The notes beneath the pieces are model-generated. The model saw only the letters and a list, made by a program, of their open reading frames with translations. It had not been told where the DNA came from and searched no databases. The translations under genes were made by a program, and so were the position numbers. Shown here one piece after another: positions 48,243 to 61,300 of a stretch of 64,000 nucleotides of DNA. Origin of the DNA: Squalus acanthias (Eukaryota); contig CM059432.1 in assembly GCA_030390025.1 (NCBI GenBank), positions 146,508,001 through 146,572,000 of the forward strand, in the 5' to 3' direction. The stretch's first letter is position 1, and every line of letters begins with the position of its first letter.

Positions 48243-49399
48243 CCAGATGTGATTCAGAAAACATCCAAAGTGTAGAAAGTAAACTCTCAGCAAAAGTACG
48301 GGTGAACCAACCCTTTCCCACTAGTAGGTAAGAAAGCAGCTGTGAGGACTGAGTATTTATTGCACTATTTCCATGAGTTTTAATCAGCCCCCTCACTTGC
48401 CGTTGTGCTCTTGCCTTGCTTTCACAGACGCATTTCAGGAAGCCCGGGGAACCCGTGGATGTGATGTTAAATTTAAAAGTCTGTTGAAATAATGCTCCAA
48501 TTGAACGATTCGCTTATTTTAATAGGCAACCCGCCTCTCTTAACGCGCTTGATTTATACCCAGAAATCGGCGGGTTGCAATGGACTTGTCGGCACGCTCA
48601 CATTTTTGCCACTTTTAATCCCTACCTGCACCCAAACCCACGCGCTCCTCCAGGTTAAAGTTCCTCCCTTGAAGTTTAATTAGGAATGTCATGAGACATT
48701 TTACCAAATCCATACTATTAAGAGTTTGTTTACATTATTGTGGGATGTACAATTAATTTGCTGAGTCCAGCTGTCCAACAGATTAATAAAGGTTTGACCA
48801 AGCGCTTCATTATTAACTTGCCAATCATTTCATGCATGGCTCATCGATAATCATGCCTTCAATGACTGCTGCTATTACAGTCTGCAACAAATTGTTTTCT
48901 TCAAAGTGACTGCTGGTAGGAAGATCTGCCGACTAATTGCTTTTAGGTAATAATCTTTCTTGTTCAGCGGATTATATTGGTTAAATCCAGTTGAATTGAA
49001 GGGGCGGTTTATTTAGTTTGTAATCTATGGCTGTTTATGAGAGGAATCTGACCCATTGCCTTCACAAATAAATGGTTATTATTTACATACTGTAGCATTT
49101 CCCTCACCTAATGAATTCTGGCACATTCAATACAGCGAATGTATACTGTAGCTAGCACATTGCCTTGTAAGGTTTAACCCTACATCTTACCTATCTGACT
49201 GAAAGCATATTCTTTCGCTGCAATTCTAATTTTCTTCAAATTGATTTTGAGTTATATAGCTAGTGCTATAGGAGAGTTAAAACAAGAAAAAAATACAATT
49301 GGAAACATTTTTTTTCAAAGCAGGACCCTTCTAATGTGTAATAATTCAAAAAGGGCACAATATGAAATAAGATCAACCTGAGCTAGATAACGGGAACGG

Positions 49400-50398
49400 G
49401 AGGTGGTATTAGGACCACTGCTCTTTTTGATGTAGATTAATGACCTGGACTTGGGTATACAGGGCATAATTTCAAAGTTTGCAGATGACACGCAACTCGT
49501 AAATGTAGTAAACAATGAGGAGGATAATAACAGACTTCAGGAGGACAGTGACAGACTGGTGAAATGGGCAGGCACATGGCAGATGAAATTTAATGCAGAG
49601 ATGTGTGAAGTAATACATTTTGGTAGGAAGAATGAGGAGAGGCAAGATGAACTAAATGGTACAATTTTTAAGGGGATGTAGGAAGAGAGAGACCTGGGGG
49701 TGTATGTACACAAATCTTTGAAGGTGGCAGAACAAGTTGAGAAGGCTGTTAAAAAAGCTTATGGGTTCCTTGGCTTTATTAATAGAGGAATAGAGTATAA
49801 AGGCAAGGAAGTTATGCTAAACCATTATAAAACACTGGTTAGGCCCCAGCTGGAGTATTGTGTCCAATTCTGGGCACCACACTTTAGGAAGGATGTCAAG
49901 GCCTTGGAGAGGGTGCAGAGGAGATTTACTAGAATGGTACCAGGGGATGAGGGACTTCAGTTATGTGGAGAGACTGGAGAAGCTGGTGTTGTTCGCCTCA
50001 GTGCTCAGAAGGTTAAGAGATTTGAGAGAGGTGTTCAAAATCGTGAGTGGTTTTGATGGAGTAAATAAGGAGAAACTGTTTCCACTGGCAGAAGGGTCGG
50101 TAACCAGCGGACACAGATTTAAGGTGATTGGCAAATGAATGAGAGGCAACATGAGGAAATCTTTTTTACACAGCGAGTTGTTGTGATCTGGAATGCGCTG
50201 CCTGAAAGGGCGGTGGAAGCAGATTCAATTGTAACATTCAAAGAGAATTGGATACATGCTTGAAGGGAATCAAATGACAGGACTATGGGGAAAGAGCAGG
50301 GGGGAGTGGGACTAATTGGACAGCTCTACCAAAGAGCCGGCACAGGCTCGATGGGCCGAATGACCTCCTTCTGTGCTGTATCATTCTATGATTCTATG
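49400..50398 (+). mobile_element. CR1 RT-to-3' fragment
   Basis: SKFADDTQL (ORF 49451), LVRPQLEYCVQFW and ATTCTATG tail. Confidence 0.9.
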
Positions 50399-51804
50399 AA
50401 TCCAGTTGAGTCAACTTCCAAATCACTCCATTCACGCAGAGTGACCTGGTATACTGGCCTGTTCCAGTGTACTTAAAGGCAATGATGTTCTGTGAGTGAG
50501 AGAGGCCAATTAAATGTCCCTTTCAAGACTCCAGTAATATCTCCCTAGGCTGGTGGCCACCATCAAAAAGGTAAGTTTTTAAAAACCACACTGACCTGAA
50601 TGTGGAGCTCCTCCCGGCTCCACAGCAGTGTCAAAGATCGTTGCCAGCCCCCTTATTCCCCCTATCAATCACCTCTGCCCCTCCCAGCACCGACCTGATG
50701 GCTGCTGCCAGTGACACAGAGGATCACAATTTAAATCCGCCTCACAGGCGAAGTTGCCTTGGGGCCGTGCAGCAGGCATCCATAGCGCGCTTTAAGTGAC
50801 GCCCGAGGCCCAGTATCGCGTGTGTCTCGAGCCTACCCATTCCAGAGCAGGGATCAATCCCTGAGCCCAGTTTGCACCGGCAGACCGGCGTGAATTCAAT
50901 TTCACCGCCCCCCCCCCATTGTCATCATCAAGTAAAGCTCCCTCTACCCTGCCCCAACAAAGTGCCTCAGCTTTACCCTCAGAAGAGCACCTTCAATTAC
51001 ACCGGGTTTCTATTTCCAGTGGCCTTTGAGTGAGATTGCCAATGACCGTGTGGGCCCAAACCCTCTCGGGTTGAGACTGCCCATGCTCATTCCGCACAGT
51101 GCCATCATTTAAAATACAATAAAATTACTTTAAAAAGTCAGGAAATAGGAATCGAGCTATTTAAAAGAGTAACTGAGAAGCTTATTGCTGCCTGGAATCT
51201 GTGTCCCCACTCATCTGACTCTTCGAGTTCAGGTGCAGTGCTGAACACCTCTGTCAGTAAAGTAAGTGTCACAGCTGTTAATGCCATCGGTACCTTAAAG
51301 GGAGCCGGTTTATTGTAACGACTGTCAGTATAGCTTCAGATCTATTACTAACTTACCATTTCAATTTATATCACAAAAGCCTATTGTGCATTTCAAAGGG
51401 ATACAAAATAATTATCTCGGAAATCACTCCGGACAATGCACAGCTTTTAATGGTGCAGAAACTGAAAACAAGCTAAATAAATACTGTCATCCCAGCCTTT
51501 TGTGTCCAACCGTTTCACAGGAGATTGGCTTCAAGTTCTGTCGGCAAATGAGTGTCTGCAATGTAGGTTTTCTTGTGGAAATCCAAAGTAACTCGGGTCA
51601 GTGGCAGTGGAAGGTGAAGAGAAATGTGGGGGTTCAGTGGCTCTCGACCATCCAGCCGGCACAAGTGAGGAGTGTGATGAAATATTCTCCCAGTGACTGG
51701 ATTGATACAGCTGCAAGAACGCTCAAGAATCTCAAAACAACCCAGGAACCCAGGACTGAGTAATCCGCTTGATCGGCACCCCCGCCGATAAACTCAATAT
51801 GCAC

Positions 51805-52085
51805 AACAGGAGAAGGCCATTCAGCCTCTCGAGCCTGTTCCTCCATTCAATGAGATCATGGCTGATCTGCGACCTAACTCCATATACCCGCCTTTGGCCC
51901 ACATCCCTTAATACCTTTAGTTAACAAAAAATCTATCAATCTCCGATTTAAAATTAACAATTGATCGAGCATCAATTGCCGTTTGTGGAAGAGAGTTCCA
52001 AACTTCTACCACCCTTTGTGTGCAGAAGTGTTTCCTAATTTCACTCCTGAAAGGTCTGCCTCTAATTTTTAGACTATGCTCCCTA
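51805..52085 (-). mobile_element. CR1 3' end (subfamily of 41950)
   Basis: Inverse of about 42310-42580. Confidence 0.8.
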
Positions 52086-52089
52086 GCTC

Positions 52090-52306
52090 CCCAAAGCGCT
52101 TTACAGCCAGTGAAGTCATGGTTGTAATGTGGGAAACGCGGCAGCCAATTTCCCACAAACAGCAATGTGATAATGACCAGAAAATCTCTTTTAGTAATGT
52201 TGATTGAGGGATAAATATTGGCCAGGACACCGGGGATAACTCCCCTGCTCTTCTTCGAAATAGTGCCATGGGATCTTTTATGTCCACCTGAGAGAGCAGA
52301 CTGGGC

Positions 52307-52337
<31 letters not shown>

Positions 52338-52437
52338 ACCTCCGACAGTGCAGCACTCCAACAGCACTGCACTGGAGTGTCAGCTGCATTTTTTGTGCTC
52401 AAGTGTCTGGAGTGGGACTTGAACCCACAACCTTGTG
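52090..52437 (-). mobile_element. tRNA-derived Deu-type SINE
   Basis: B box GGTTCAAGTCCC and central GTGCTGCACTGTCGGAGGTGCCGTCTTTCGGATGAGAC. Body shared with the 18976 copy. Confidence 0.8.
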
Positions 52438-52774
52438 CATGTCTGTAATGTTCCCGAGCGCACATCAGGAACATTTAAAGGGCAGAATAATTCATTCCAT
52501 TTCCGATCATCCCAGCACTTCACTCGCTGCGTGTTGAACTCGCACTGCACAACGTGGCACTAACAGGAAGGGCCCCTCACCAGCATTATTTAAAGCGATC
52601 ATGCAGTACTTACAGGTCAGTTGCTAGTTTCTCATTTCACATTGCTGGCTAACTTCTGGGCGTCTTTTGGTGTGTTTTATCACTCTGGAAAGTTCACATT
52701 ATCAAGAGAACAGTTTAACTGCAGTCGGGGATGGTCTCATAGGGCTTCCTTTGGGACTGGTGGACAAGGGAGCA

Positions 52775-53590
52775 GAGGATTAGGAACAGGAGTAGGTCAT
52801 TCAGCTCCTCGAACCCATTCAGTAAGAGCATGGCTGACCTGTACCCTAACTCCATCCACTCGCCTTGGCTCCATAGCCCTTTATACCCTTGGCTAGCAAA
52901 AATCTATCGATCTCAGGTTTTAAATGAACAATTGGCCGAGCATCATCTGCTTTTTATGGAAGCGAGTTCCACACTCCTATCATCCATTGCATGAAGAAGT
53001 GTTTCCTAACTTCTCTACTGAATGGCCTGGCTCTAACTTAATGGTTATGTCTCCTTGTTCTGGACTCCTCCACCAGAGGCAACAGTTTCTCTCTACCTAC
53101 CCTATCAATTCCATTCAAAATCCAAAAACCTCAATCAAATCATCCTTAACCTTCTATATTCCAGGGAAGACAAGCCCAGTTTATGTAATCTCTCCTCATA
53201 ATCGAACCCTTGGAGCCCTGGTAACATTCTGGTGAATCTGCGCTGCACTCCTTCCAAGGCCAATATATCCTTTCTAAGGTGCAGTGCCCAGAACTGTACA
53301 CAGTGCTCCAGATGTGGTCTAACCAGGGCTTTGTACATCTGTAGCAAAACGTCCTCCTCTTTATATTTTAGCCCTCTCACTATAAAGGCTAACATTTCAT
53401 TAGCCGTTGTGATTTTTTTTTATACCTGATGACTACAGCTGTGTACACGGAGCCCTAAATCTCTTTCGACCTCCACTGTTCCTAGCTTTTCACCAGTTTA
53501 AAAAATACTCACATCTATCCTTTTTTGGTCCAAAAGGATGACCTCACACTTACTTGCGTTGAAATTCATCTGCCACAGTTTTGCCCACTC
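52775..53590 (-). mobile_element. CR1 3' fragment
   Basis: ORF 53135..53395 (LVRPHLEHCVQFW) and 3' UTR. Confidence 0.85.
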
Positions 53591-53594
53591 CCCC

Positions 53595-55756
53595 ACCTCT
53601 GGAATTCAGCTCTTTTGTCCATGTTTGGACCAAGGCTGTAATGAGGTCTGGAGCCGAGTGGTCCTGGCGGAACCCAAACTGAGCATTGGTGAGCTTTGGG
53701 GAGTCAGGAGGTGACACACTCGCCGCTGAATACCCAGCCTCTGACCTGCTCTTGTTGCCACAGTATTTATGTGGCTGGTCCAGTTAAGTTTCTGGTCAAT
53801 GGTGACCCCCAGGATGTTGGTAAGTGGTGAGTATTGGTGAGTAAGTGCCGCTTGATAGCACTGTTGATGGTACCTTGCATCACTTTGCTGATGATTGAGA
53901 GCAGACTGATGGGGCGGTAATTGGCCGGATTGGATTTGTCCTGCTTTTTGTGGACAGGACATACCTGGGCAGTTTTCTACAGTATCGGATAGATGCCAGT
54001 GTTGTAGCTGTACTGGAACAGCTTGGCTAGAGGCGCGGCTCGTTCTGGAGCACAAGTCTTCAGCACGATAGCCGGGATGTTATCAGAGCCCATAGCCTTT
54101 GCTGTATCCAGTGCGCTCAGCTGTTTCTTGATATCACGTGGAGTGAATCGAATTGGATGAAGACTGGCTTCTGTGATGGTGGGGATCTCAGAAACAGGCC
54201 GATATGGATCATCCTCTCGGCACTTCTGGCTGAAGATGGTTGCAAACGCTTCAGCCTTGTCTTTTACACTCCTGTGCTGGGCTCCACCATCATTGAGGAT
54301 GGGGATATTCATGGAGCCTCCTCCTCCTGTTAGTTGTTTAATGGTCCACCACCATTCACGACTGGATGTGGCAGGACTGCAGAACTTTGATCTGATCCGT
54401 TGATTGTGGGATCGCTTAGCCCTGTCTATAGCATGCTGCTTCCGCTTTTTAGCATGCATGTAGTCCTGTGTTGCAGCTTCCCCAGGTTGGTACCTCATTT
54501 TTAGGTATGCCTGGTGCTGCTCCTGGCATGCTCTTCTACACTCCTTATTGAACCAGGGTTGGTCCCCTGGCTTGATGGTAATGGTAGAGTGAGGGATATG
54601 CCGGGCCATGAGGTTACAGATTGTGGTGGAATACAATTCTGCTGCTGCTGATGGCCCACAGTGCCTCATGGGTGCCCAGTTTTGAGCTGCTAGATCTGTT
54701 CTGAATCTATCCCATTTAGCACAGTGGTAGTGCCACACAACACGATGGAGGGTGTCCTCTGTGGTCACTGCTGTCATGGACAGATACATCTGCAACAGGT
54801 AGATTGGTGAGGACAAGTAGCTTTTTCCCTTGTATTGGTTCTCTCACCACCTGTCGCAGTCCCAGACTGGCAGCTATGTCCTTCAGGACTCAGCCAGCTC
54901 GGTCAGTAATGGTGCTACCGAGCCACTCTTGGTGATGGACATTGAAGTCCCCCACCCAGAGTACATTCTGTGCCCTTGCTATCCTCAGTGCTCCTTCCAG
55001 GTGGTGTTCAACATGGAGGAGTACTGATTCATCAGCTGAGGGAGGGCGATAGGTGGTAATCAACAGGAGGTTTTCTTGCCCATGCTTGACCTGAAGCCAT
55101 GAGACTTCATGGGGTCCGGTGTCAATGTTGAGGACTCCCAGGGCCACTCCCTCCCGACTGTATACCAATGTGCCGCCACCCCTGGTGGGTCTGTCCTGCT
55201 GGTGGGACAGGACATACCCAGGGCTGGTGATGGAGGAGTTTGGGACATTGGCTGAAAGGTATGATTCTGTGACTATGACTATGTTAGGCTGTTGCTTGAC
55301 TATTCTGTGGGACAGTTCTCCCAATTTTGGCACAAGTCCCCCGATGTTGATGAGGAAGACTTTGCAGGGTCGACTGGGCTGGGTGTGCCATTGCCATGTC
55401 CATAGCCGAAGCCAAGGTCGATGCCGGGTGGTCCGTCCGGTTTTATTCTTATTTTTCATCCCGGTTTGGTACAACTGAATGGCTTGCTAGGCCATTTCAG
55501 AGGCCAGACCAGGTAAGGCCTGGGTGGCAGATTTCCTTCCCTAAAGGACATTAGTGAAACAGATGGGTTTTTACGACAATCTAATAGTTTCACGGTCACC
55601 ATTACTGATAATAGCTTTTTATTCCAGTTTTGGTTACTTAACTGAATTTAAAGTCCCCAGCTGCCGTGCTGGGATTTGATATCACGTCTCTATAGATCAT
55701 TAGTCCAGGTCTCTGGATTACTAGTCCAGTAACATAACCACTATGCTACCATTCCC
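53595..55756 (-). mobile_element. CR1-clade LINE family B, 5' half: tRNA-like head, APE endonuclease, linker and RT N-terminus
   Basis: ORF 54890..55474 (VTESYL, DR..RGGG, YRPP, VGDFNVHH) and ORF 53977..54816 (QPWFN, KAMGSDNIP). A-box-like at 55738-55748 and B-box-like at 55671-55682. Confidence 0.85.
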
Positions 55757-55759
55757 TTC

Positions 55760-57801
55760 ACTACAAAGATAAACACCAACACCAAATCTGGAACAAAAAA
55801 CAAAGTTATCTATCAACTCAATTACATCTCTATGTGATAGTTTACAGAAATAATTAAGAATAATTGTGCCTGTCTTGCCTGTCGATTTCCCTATCCTAGT
55901 GCTTCTACGAAGTATTTCCCCAGTGGCTGCAGCTTGGGAGGTGGAAGGCTGCTGAGCTTCCATTCAGCACTTCAGATGGTGGGCAACCTCGAGCAGCTCT
56001 GGGCCTTGAGGCAGTCTGGCACCAACGACGGCATTGGCTGAGCGGCTGGTTGGCATGCTGTCATCCTGAGAGAGGACAGCAGGTGCTTCTCCCATGGAGC
56101 CCCGGTCACTCTCCTTGGGCGGTGCATCTGCCTGTGGAAGGCTCTGCATTAGAACAGAGTGCAGGGCTGCTGTGACACATTGAAGGCCCCAGAGCCAAAC
56201 TGGCAGCCACCTGAGATTGCATGGCAGCAGTGTGAGCTGTCATGGAAGCTGTCAGAGTTGTTGGCAGAGACTCCATCATGGTGGGTAGCACAGCGTTAAT
56301 GGGGGCTGATCGTTCAGTTTATTGTAAAATAGCTTTGAGATGTGAGTTGTGGGTAAGTGATGGTTGTGATAGGGGTGAGTGTGTGAGTATGAGGACAAGG
56401 AGGTGTAGTGACGTAATTGTAGGAGAGTGAAGGGAAGTGTTGGAAGTGAGATTTGTCAGCCCTCTGCGTGTTGTGATCAATGAGACCAAATGGTACAGGC
56501 TGTGAGCAGAAAGTATAAGAGCAGTTTTTTTCACCTTATTGGCCCAGAAATTGATCTCGCTCTGTTCCTGCGGGGGTAAAGCTTCCCCGCGATCTCTCAC
56601 TCCGCTTGTGCTTTTTCAGATCCAGCTCGCACGAACTTGATGTTCCAGACATCAGCTGGGCAGTGCTTGCGTATCCCAGCGGCGTAGTGAATTCGTGCGA
56701 GCTGTGGGATCACGTGACTCAGTTAGAGCCAATGGCAGCACACCATCTTCCATTCATAAGTTTCACATACGTGCTGTGAAATCTATGAATCTTACACCCC
56801 CCCAAAATAACAGCTAAACCTCAATTAAATTAAAAAAAAAACATCACATTAATAAAATAAGTATAGTTAAATAAATTAACCATTTTAAATAAAAAATTAA
56901 ATTTTTGAAAAAATTTAAAATCTTTTAAAAAGTTATAAAAATAAACTTACCTGTCTTTAAAGTCTCTAAAAAAGATATACTTGTTAAAAAAAATTCAAAA
57001 AAAAACTTAATTCACTACTTACCTTGTTAAAAGTGGGTCTTACTCCTCCTTTTTCCATTTCTAAAATCTTCCGTACTTACCTGCGCGTCCAAAGCATGAA
57101 GTGCACAGCGTGCGCGCAGCCTGTAGCGCGCACGCGATGCACCGAGGAACCGCCCCCTTTTCAAAAGAGCAATTGCCGGTTTTCAGCGCATGCGCAGGGC
57201 ATGCAGAAAACCGGCAATTGGAGTGGGAATACGCGAGAGTACGCAGTGCGTACTCTCGCATCGCGGGATCAATTTCTGGGCCATTATCTCTAGTTAGACC
57301 ATTGAATTTCATCCGGCATTGCGGCCATGTCCTGAGTGCAATGCTCCTGCCATTCACATGCTCTGCAATTTCTTCCCACTGTCCCCTGAGTAGATGCTCG
57401 TCGGCCTGACCATCCACCTGGGGGAAGAGGATGTCCCTCTTCCTGTCCACTGCCTGCACCAGGGTCTCCAATGTAGTATCAAAGAACCTTGGTGCCCTCT
57501 CACCAGTTGCTTCAGCCATATCTTTACTCATAACTGTTCCCCTGGTGTCTGCAGCCAGAATGCACCTTCCCTTTAAGAGATGCTGGTTGCCTTTAAGTGC
57601 TATCAGAGATGCCCAATATCTTCCCCACCCCCCCTTCTTACAGGCGTGCAGTCAATGAATAGTGCTGGTGCACACTTGCATGATGATAATGATCAGGCAG
57701 CATGAATATTACGTGCTTCCTGAGTCACCTGTAACAGGCACGTGCAGTGTGCAACCTGCCCCCTATGTACCCGATTCCGTGCCCCATCAGATTTCTAGGC
57801 C
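55760..57801 (-). mobile_element. Decayed Harbinger Myb/SANT gene and element end
   Basis: ORF from 57531 (ERAPRFFD..LETLVQAV..W..IA..RTWPQCRMKFNGL) and C-terminal PSTSQAAATGEILRRSTR (ORF 55721..55963). Confidence 0.8.
56541..57282. mobile_element. Harbinger-type MITE, family D
   Basis: 19/20 TIR GGCCCAGAAATTGATC(T/C)CGC and perfect TSD ATT (56538-56540 / 57283-57285). Confidence 0.92.
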
Positions 57802-57829
57802 ACTGTGGCTGAAGTACGATCTACAGGAT

Positions 57830-58160
57830 GCACTGCAGCAATTCACTAAGCTTACTTTGACAGCACCTGCCAGCCTGTCACCTCTACTACCAAGAAGGAC
57901 AGGAAAAGCAATGTCATAGGAACATCATCACCTCTAAGATAGCCCGCAGGTCACAAACCATCCTGACTTGGACGTATATCGCCATTTCAACATCATCACT
58001 GGGCCACTATCTCGAAATTTCCTGCCTAACATCATTGTGGGTGCAGCATCACCACAAGGATTGCAGCAGTTCAAGGAGATAGCCCACCACCACCTTTTCA
58101 GGGCAAGTAGGATTGGGAAATAAATGCAACCTCGGCAGCACATCCCAAGAGAAAATTCAA
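57830..58160 (+). mobile_element. Old 3' end of LINE family B
   Basis: Homologous to 9470-9790 (GCAGCAGTTCAAG..CACCACCACCTT..GGGCAA). Confidence 0.7.
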
Positions 58161-58379
58161 AAAAGATTTTTTTGTTTTCATTAAGAAAGACTCCTCTGTT
58201 GTTCCTAAACCAAGCAGATGCATTGCCATTGAATGAAAGTGATGAGTCTTTTGTACCAAGACAGGCATAGCTCTGAGTTGCTGAATTTGGTCAGGGTTCT
58301 TATGGACTAAACCAGACCACCATTCCACCTTCAATCCTACTTCAAGTGGATTTATTTTCACATCATATATTGCCCTTAT

Positions 58380-61300
58380 CCAACAGGTACAAGGAGTCTG
58401 CAGGGTGGGTGAGCAAACTGACCACGGCACCGCAGTACAGGAGGCCATTCAAGTGGAGGGTAGTGAAAGGGAATGTTGTAGTGGCAGGGGACAGTATAGT
58501 CGGGGGGTAGATACGACCGGGAGTTCCGAAGGCTGTGTTGCCTGCCTGGTGCCAGGATTAAGGATATCTCCTCACGGCTAGAGAAGAACTTGGAGTGGGA
58601 GGGGGAGGATGCAGTTGTTGCGGTCCACTTAGGAACCAACGACATAGGTAGAACTAGGAATGAGTTTCTGCTGAGAGAGTTTGAGGAGATAGGGTTGAAA
58701 TTAAAACCCAGATCCTCACGGGTAATAATCTCTGGATTGTTACTTGAGCCACACACAAATTAGCATAGGGACAAACAGATTAGAGGTTTAAATGCGTGGC
58801 TGAAAGAGTGGTGTGGGAGGCAGGGGTTTCGATTCATGGGGCACTGGCACCAATACTGAGAAAGAGGGAGCTGTTCCGCTGGGACAAGCGGCACTGAAAC
58901 CGGGCTGGGACAAGTGTCCTGACGAATCGAATAACGAGGGTGGTAGATAGGGCATTAAACTAATGAAGGGGGGATGACAGGGCTCTAAAGGGTAAATTCA
59001 AAAGCAGTAATAAAAATTTCAAAACTGTAGAGCAGAGTAGTGATTTGGATAAAAATCAGCAGAGTGTGTCAGGAAGGGACAGAGAGCTTAACCAACAACA
59101 ACAACAACAACAACAACTTGTATTTATATAGCGCCTTTAACGTAGTAAAATGTCCCAAGGCGCTTCACAGGAGTATTTTAAGACAAAAAATTTGACACCG
59201 ATCCACATAAGGATAAATTAGGGCAGGTGACCAAAAGCTTGGTCAAAGAGGTAGGTTTTAAAGAGCGTCTTAAAGGAGGAAAGAGAGGTAGCGAGGCAGA
59301 GAGGTTTAGGCAGGGAATTCCAGAGCTTAGGGCGAAGGCAACAGAAGGCACGGCCACCAAAGGTTGAGCGATTATAATCAGGGATGCTCAAGAGGGCAGA
59401 ATTAGAGGAGCGCAGATATCTCAGGGGGTTGTGGGGCTGGAGGAGATTACAGAGATAGGAAGGGGCGAGGCCATGGAGGGATTTGAAACAAGGATGAGAA
59501 TTTTGAAATCGAGGCGCTGCTTAACCGGGAGCCAATGTAGGTCAGCGAGCACAGGGGTGATGGGCGAACAGGACTTGGTGCGAGTTAGGACATGGGCAGC
59601 CCAGTTTTGGATGACCTCAAGTTTATGTAAGGTGGAATGTGGGAGGCCAGCCAGGAGTGCATTGGAATAGTAAAGTCTAGAGATAACAAAGGCATGGATG
59701 AGAGTTTCAGCAGCGGATGATCTGAGGCAAGGGCGGAGACGGGTGATGTTACGGAGGTGGAAATAGGCAGTCTTTGTTATGCTGTGGATATGTGGTCGGA
59801 AGCTCATTTCAGGGTCAAATATGACACCAAGGTTGCGAACAGTGTGGTTCAGCCTCAGACAGATGTTAGGGAGAGGGATGGAGTCAATGGCTAGGGAACG
59901 GAGTTTGTGGCGGGGACCGAAAACAATGGCTTCGGTCTTCCCAATATTTAATTGGAGAAAATTTTTGCTCATCCAGAACTAGATGTCGGACAAGCAGTCT
60001 GACAATTTAGAGACCGCGGAGGGTTCGAGAGAAGAGGTAGTGAAGTAGAGCTGGGTGTCATCAGCGTACATGTGGAAACTGACGTTGTGTTTTCGGATGA
60101 TGTCGCCAAGGAGCAACATGTAGTTGAGAAATAGGAGGGGGCCAAGGATAGATCCTTGGGGGACACCAGAGGTAACGATGCGGGAGCGGGAAGAGAAGCC
60201 GTTGCAGGTGATTCTCTGGTTACGATTAGATAGATAAGAATGGAACCAGGCGAGTGCAGTCCCACCCAGCTGGATGATGGTGGAGAGGCGTTGGAGAAGG
60301 ATGGAGTGGTCAACCGTGTCAAAGGCTGCAGGGAAGTCAAGAAGGATGAGGAGGGATAGTTTACCTTTGTCACAGTCACAAAGGATGTCATTTGTGATTT
60401 TGATGAGCGCCTGATTGGAGGGATTCAAACATGGAATTGAAGGAAAGATGGGCACGGATTTGGGAGGCGACAACACGTTCAAGGACTTTGGAGAGGAAAG
60501 GGAGGTTGGAGATGGGGCGGTAGTTTGGAAGGACGGAGGGATCAAGGGTTGGTTTTTTGAGGAGAGGGGTGATGACGGCAGATTTGAGGGAGAAGGGGAC
60601 AGTACCTGAGGAGAGAGAACCGTTAACAATATCAGCTAACATGGGAGCCAGAAAAGGAAGTTGAGCGGTCAGCAGTTTGGTGGGAATAGGGTCGAGGGAG
60701 CAGGAAGTGGGTCTCATGGACAAGATGAGCGCAGAGAGGTCATGAGGGGAGATTGGAGAGAAACTGGAGAAAGATGTGAGTTCAGGGCTAGGGCAGGGGG
60801 GAGCCTTAGAGGAAGTTTGGCCTGGTGGGCTAGGGGAAGGAAGGGAAGTGGCAGAGGCAGCTGAACGGATGGTCTCAATCTTAGAGACAAAGAAGTCCAT
60901 GAGCTCCTCACACTTGTTATCGGAGGTGAAGGTGGAGGAGACAGGAGAGAGGGGTTTAAGAAGACGGTTAGCAGTGGAGAATAGGAGCCGGGGTTTATCT
61001 TTGCATTCCAGAATGATTCTGGAATAGTGAGCAATTTTGGCAGATGAGAGCAGGATCTGATAATGCTTTATGTGGTCCAGCCAGATCTGGCGGTGAATGA
61101 TTAAGCCAGTTGTCCGCCATATCCGTTCAAGCCTGCGTCCCTTGGACTTAAGGGAGCGAAGATGAGGGCCGTACCAGGGGGAATGGTCAGGGTGAGAGAG
61201 AGTAATTGTTTTAATAGGGACTAGGGCATCAAAGGTGGTGGTGAGGGTGTGGTTAAGCAGATCGGTAGCTGCAGAAATGTCATGGTGAATGGAGGGCCAA

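Larger units (their letters stand above)
44317..48668. mobile_element. Near-complete two-gene PIF/Harbinger transposon (defective), interrupted by L2
   Basis: Myb/SANT gene on + and DDE transposase on -, convergent. Imperfect TIRs share TTAAC..GGAGGAG. Flanks TTT/TTG. Confidence 0.85.
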
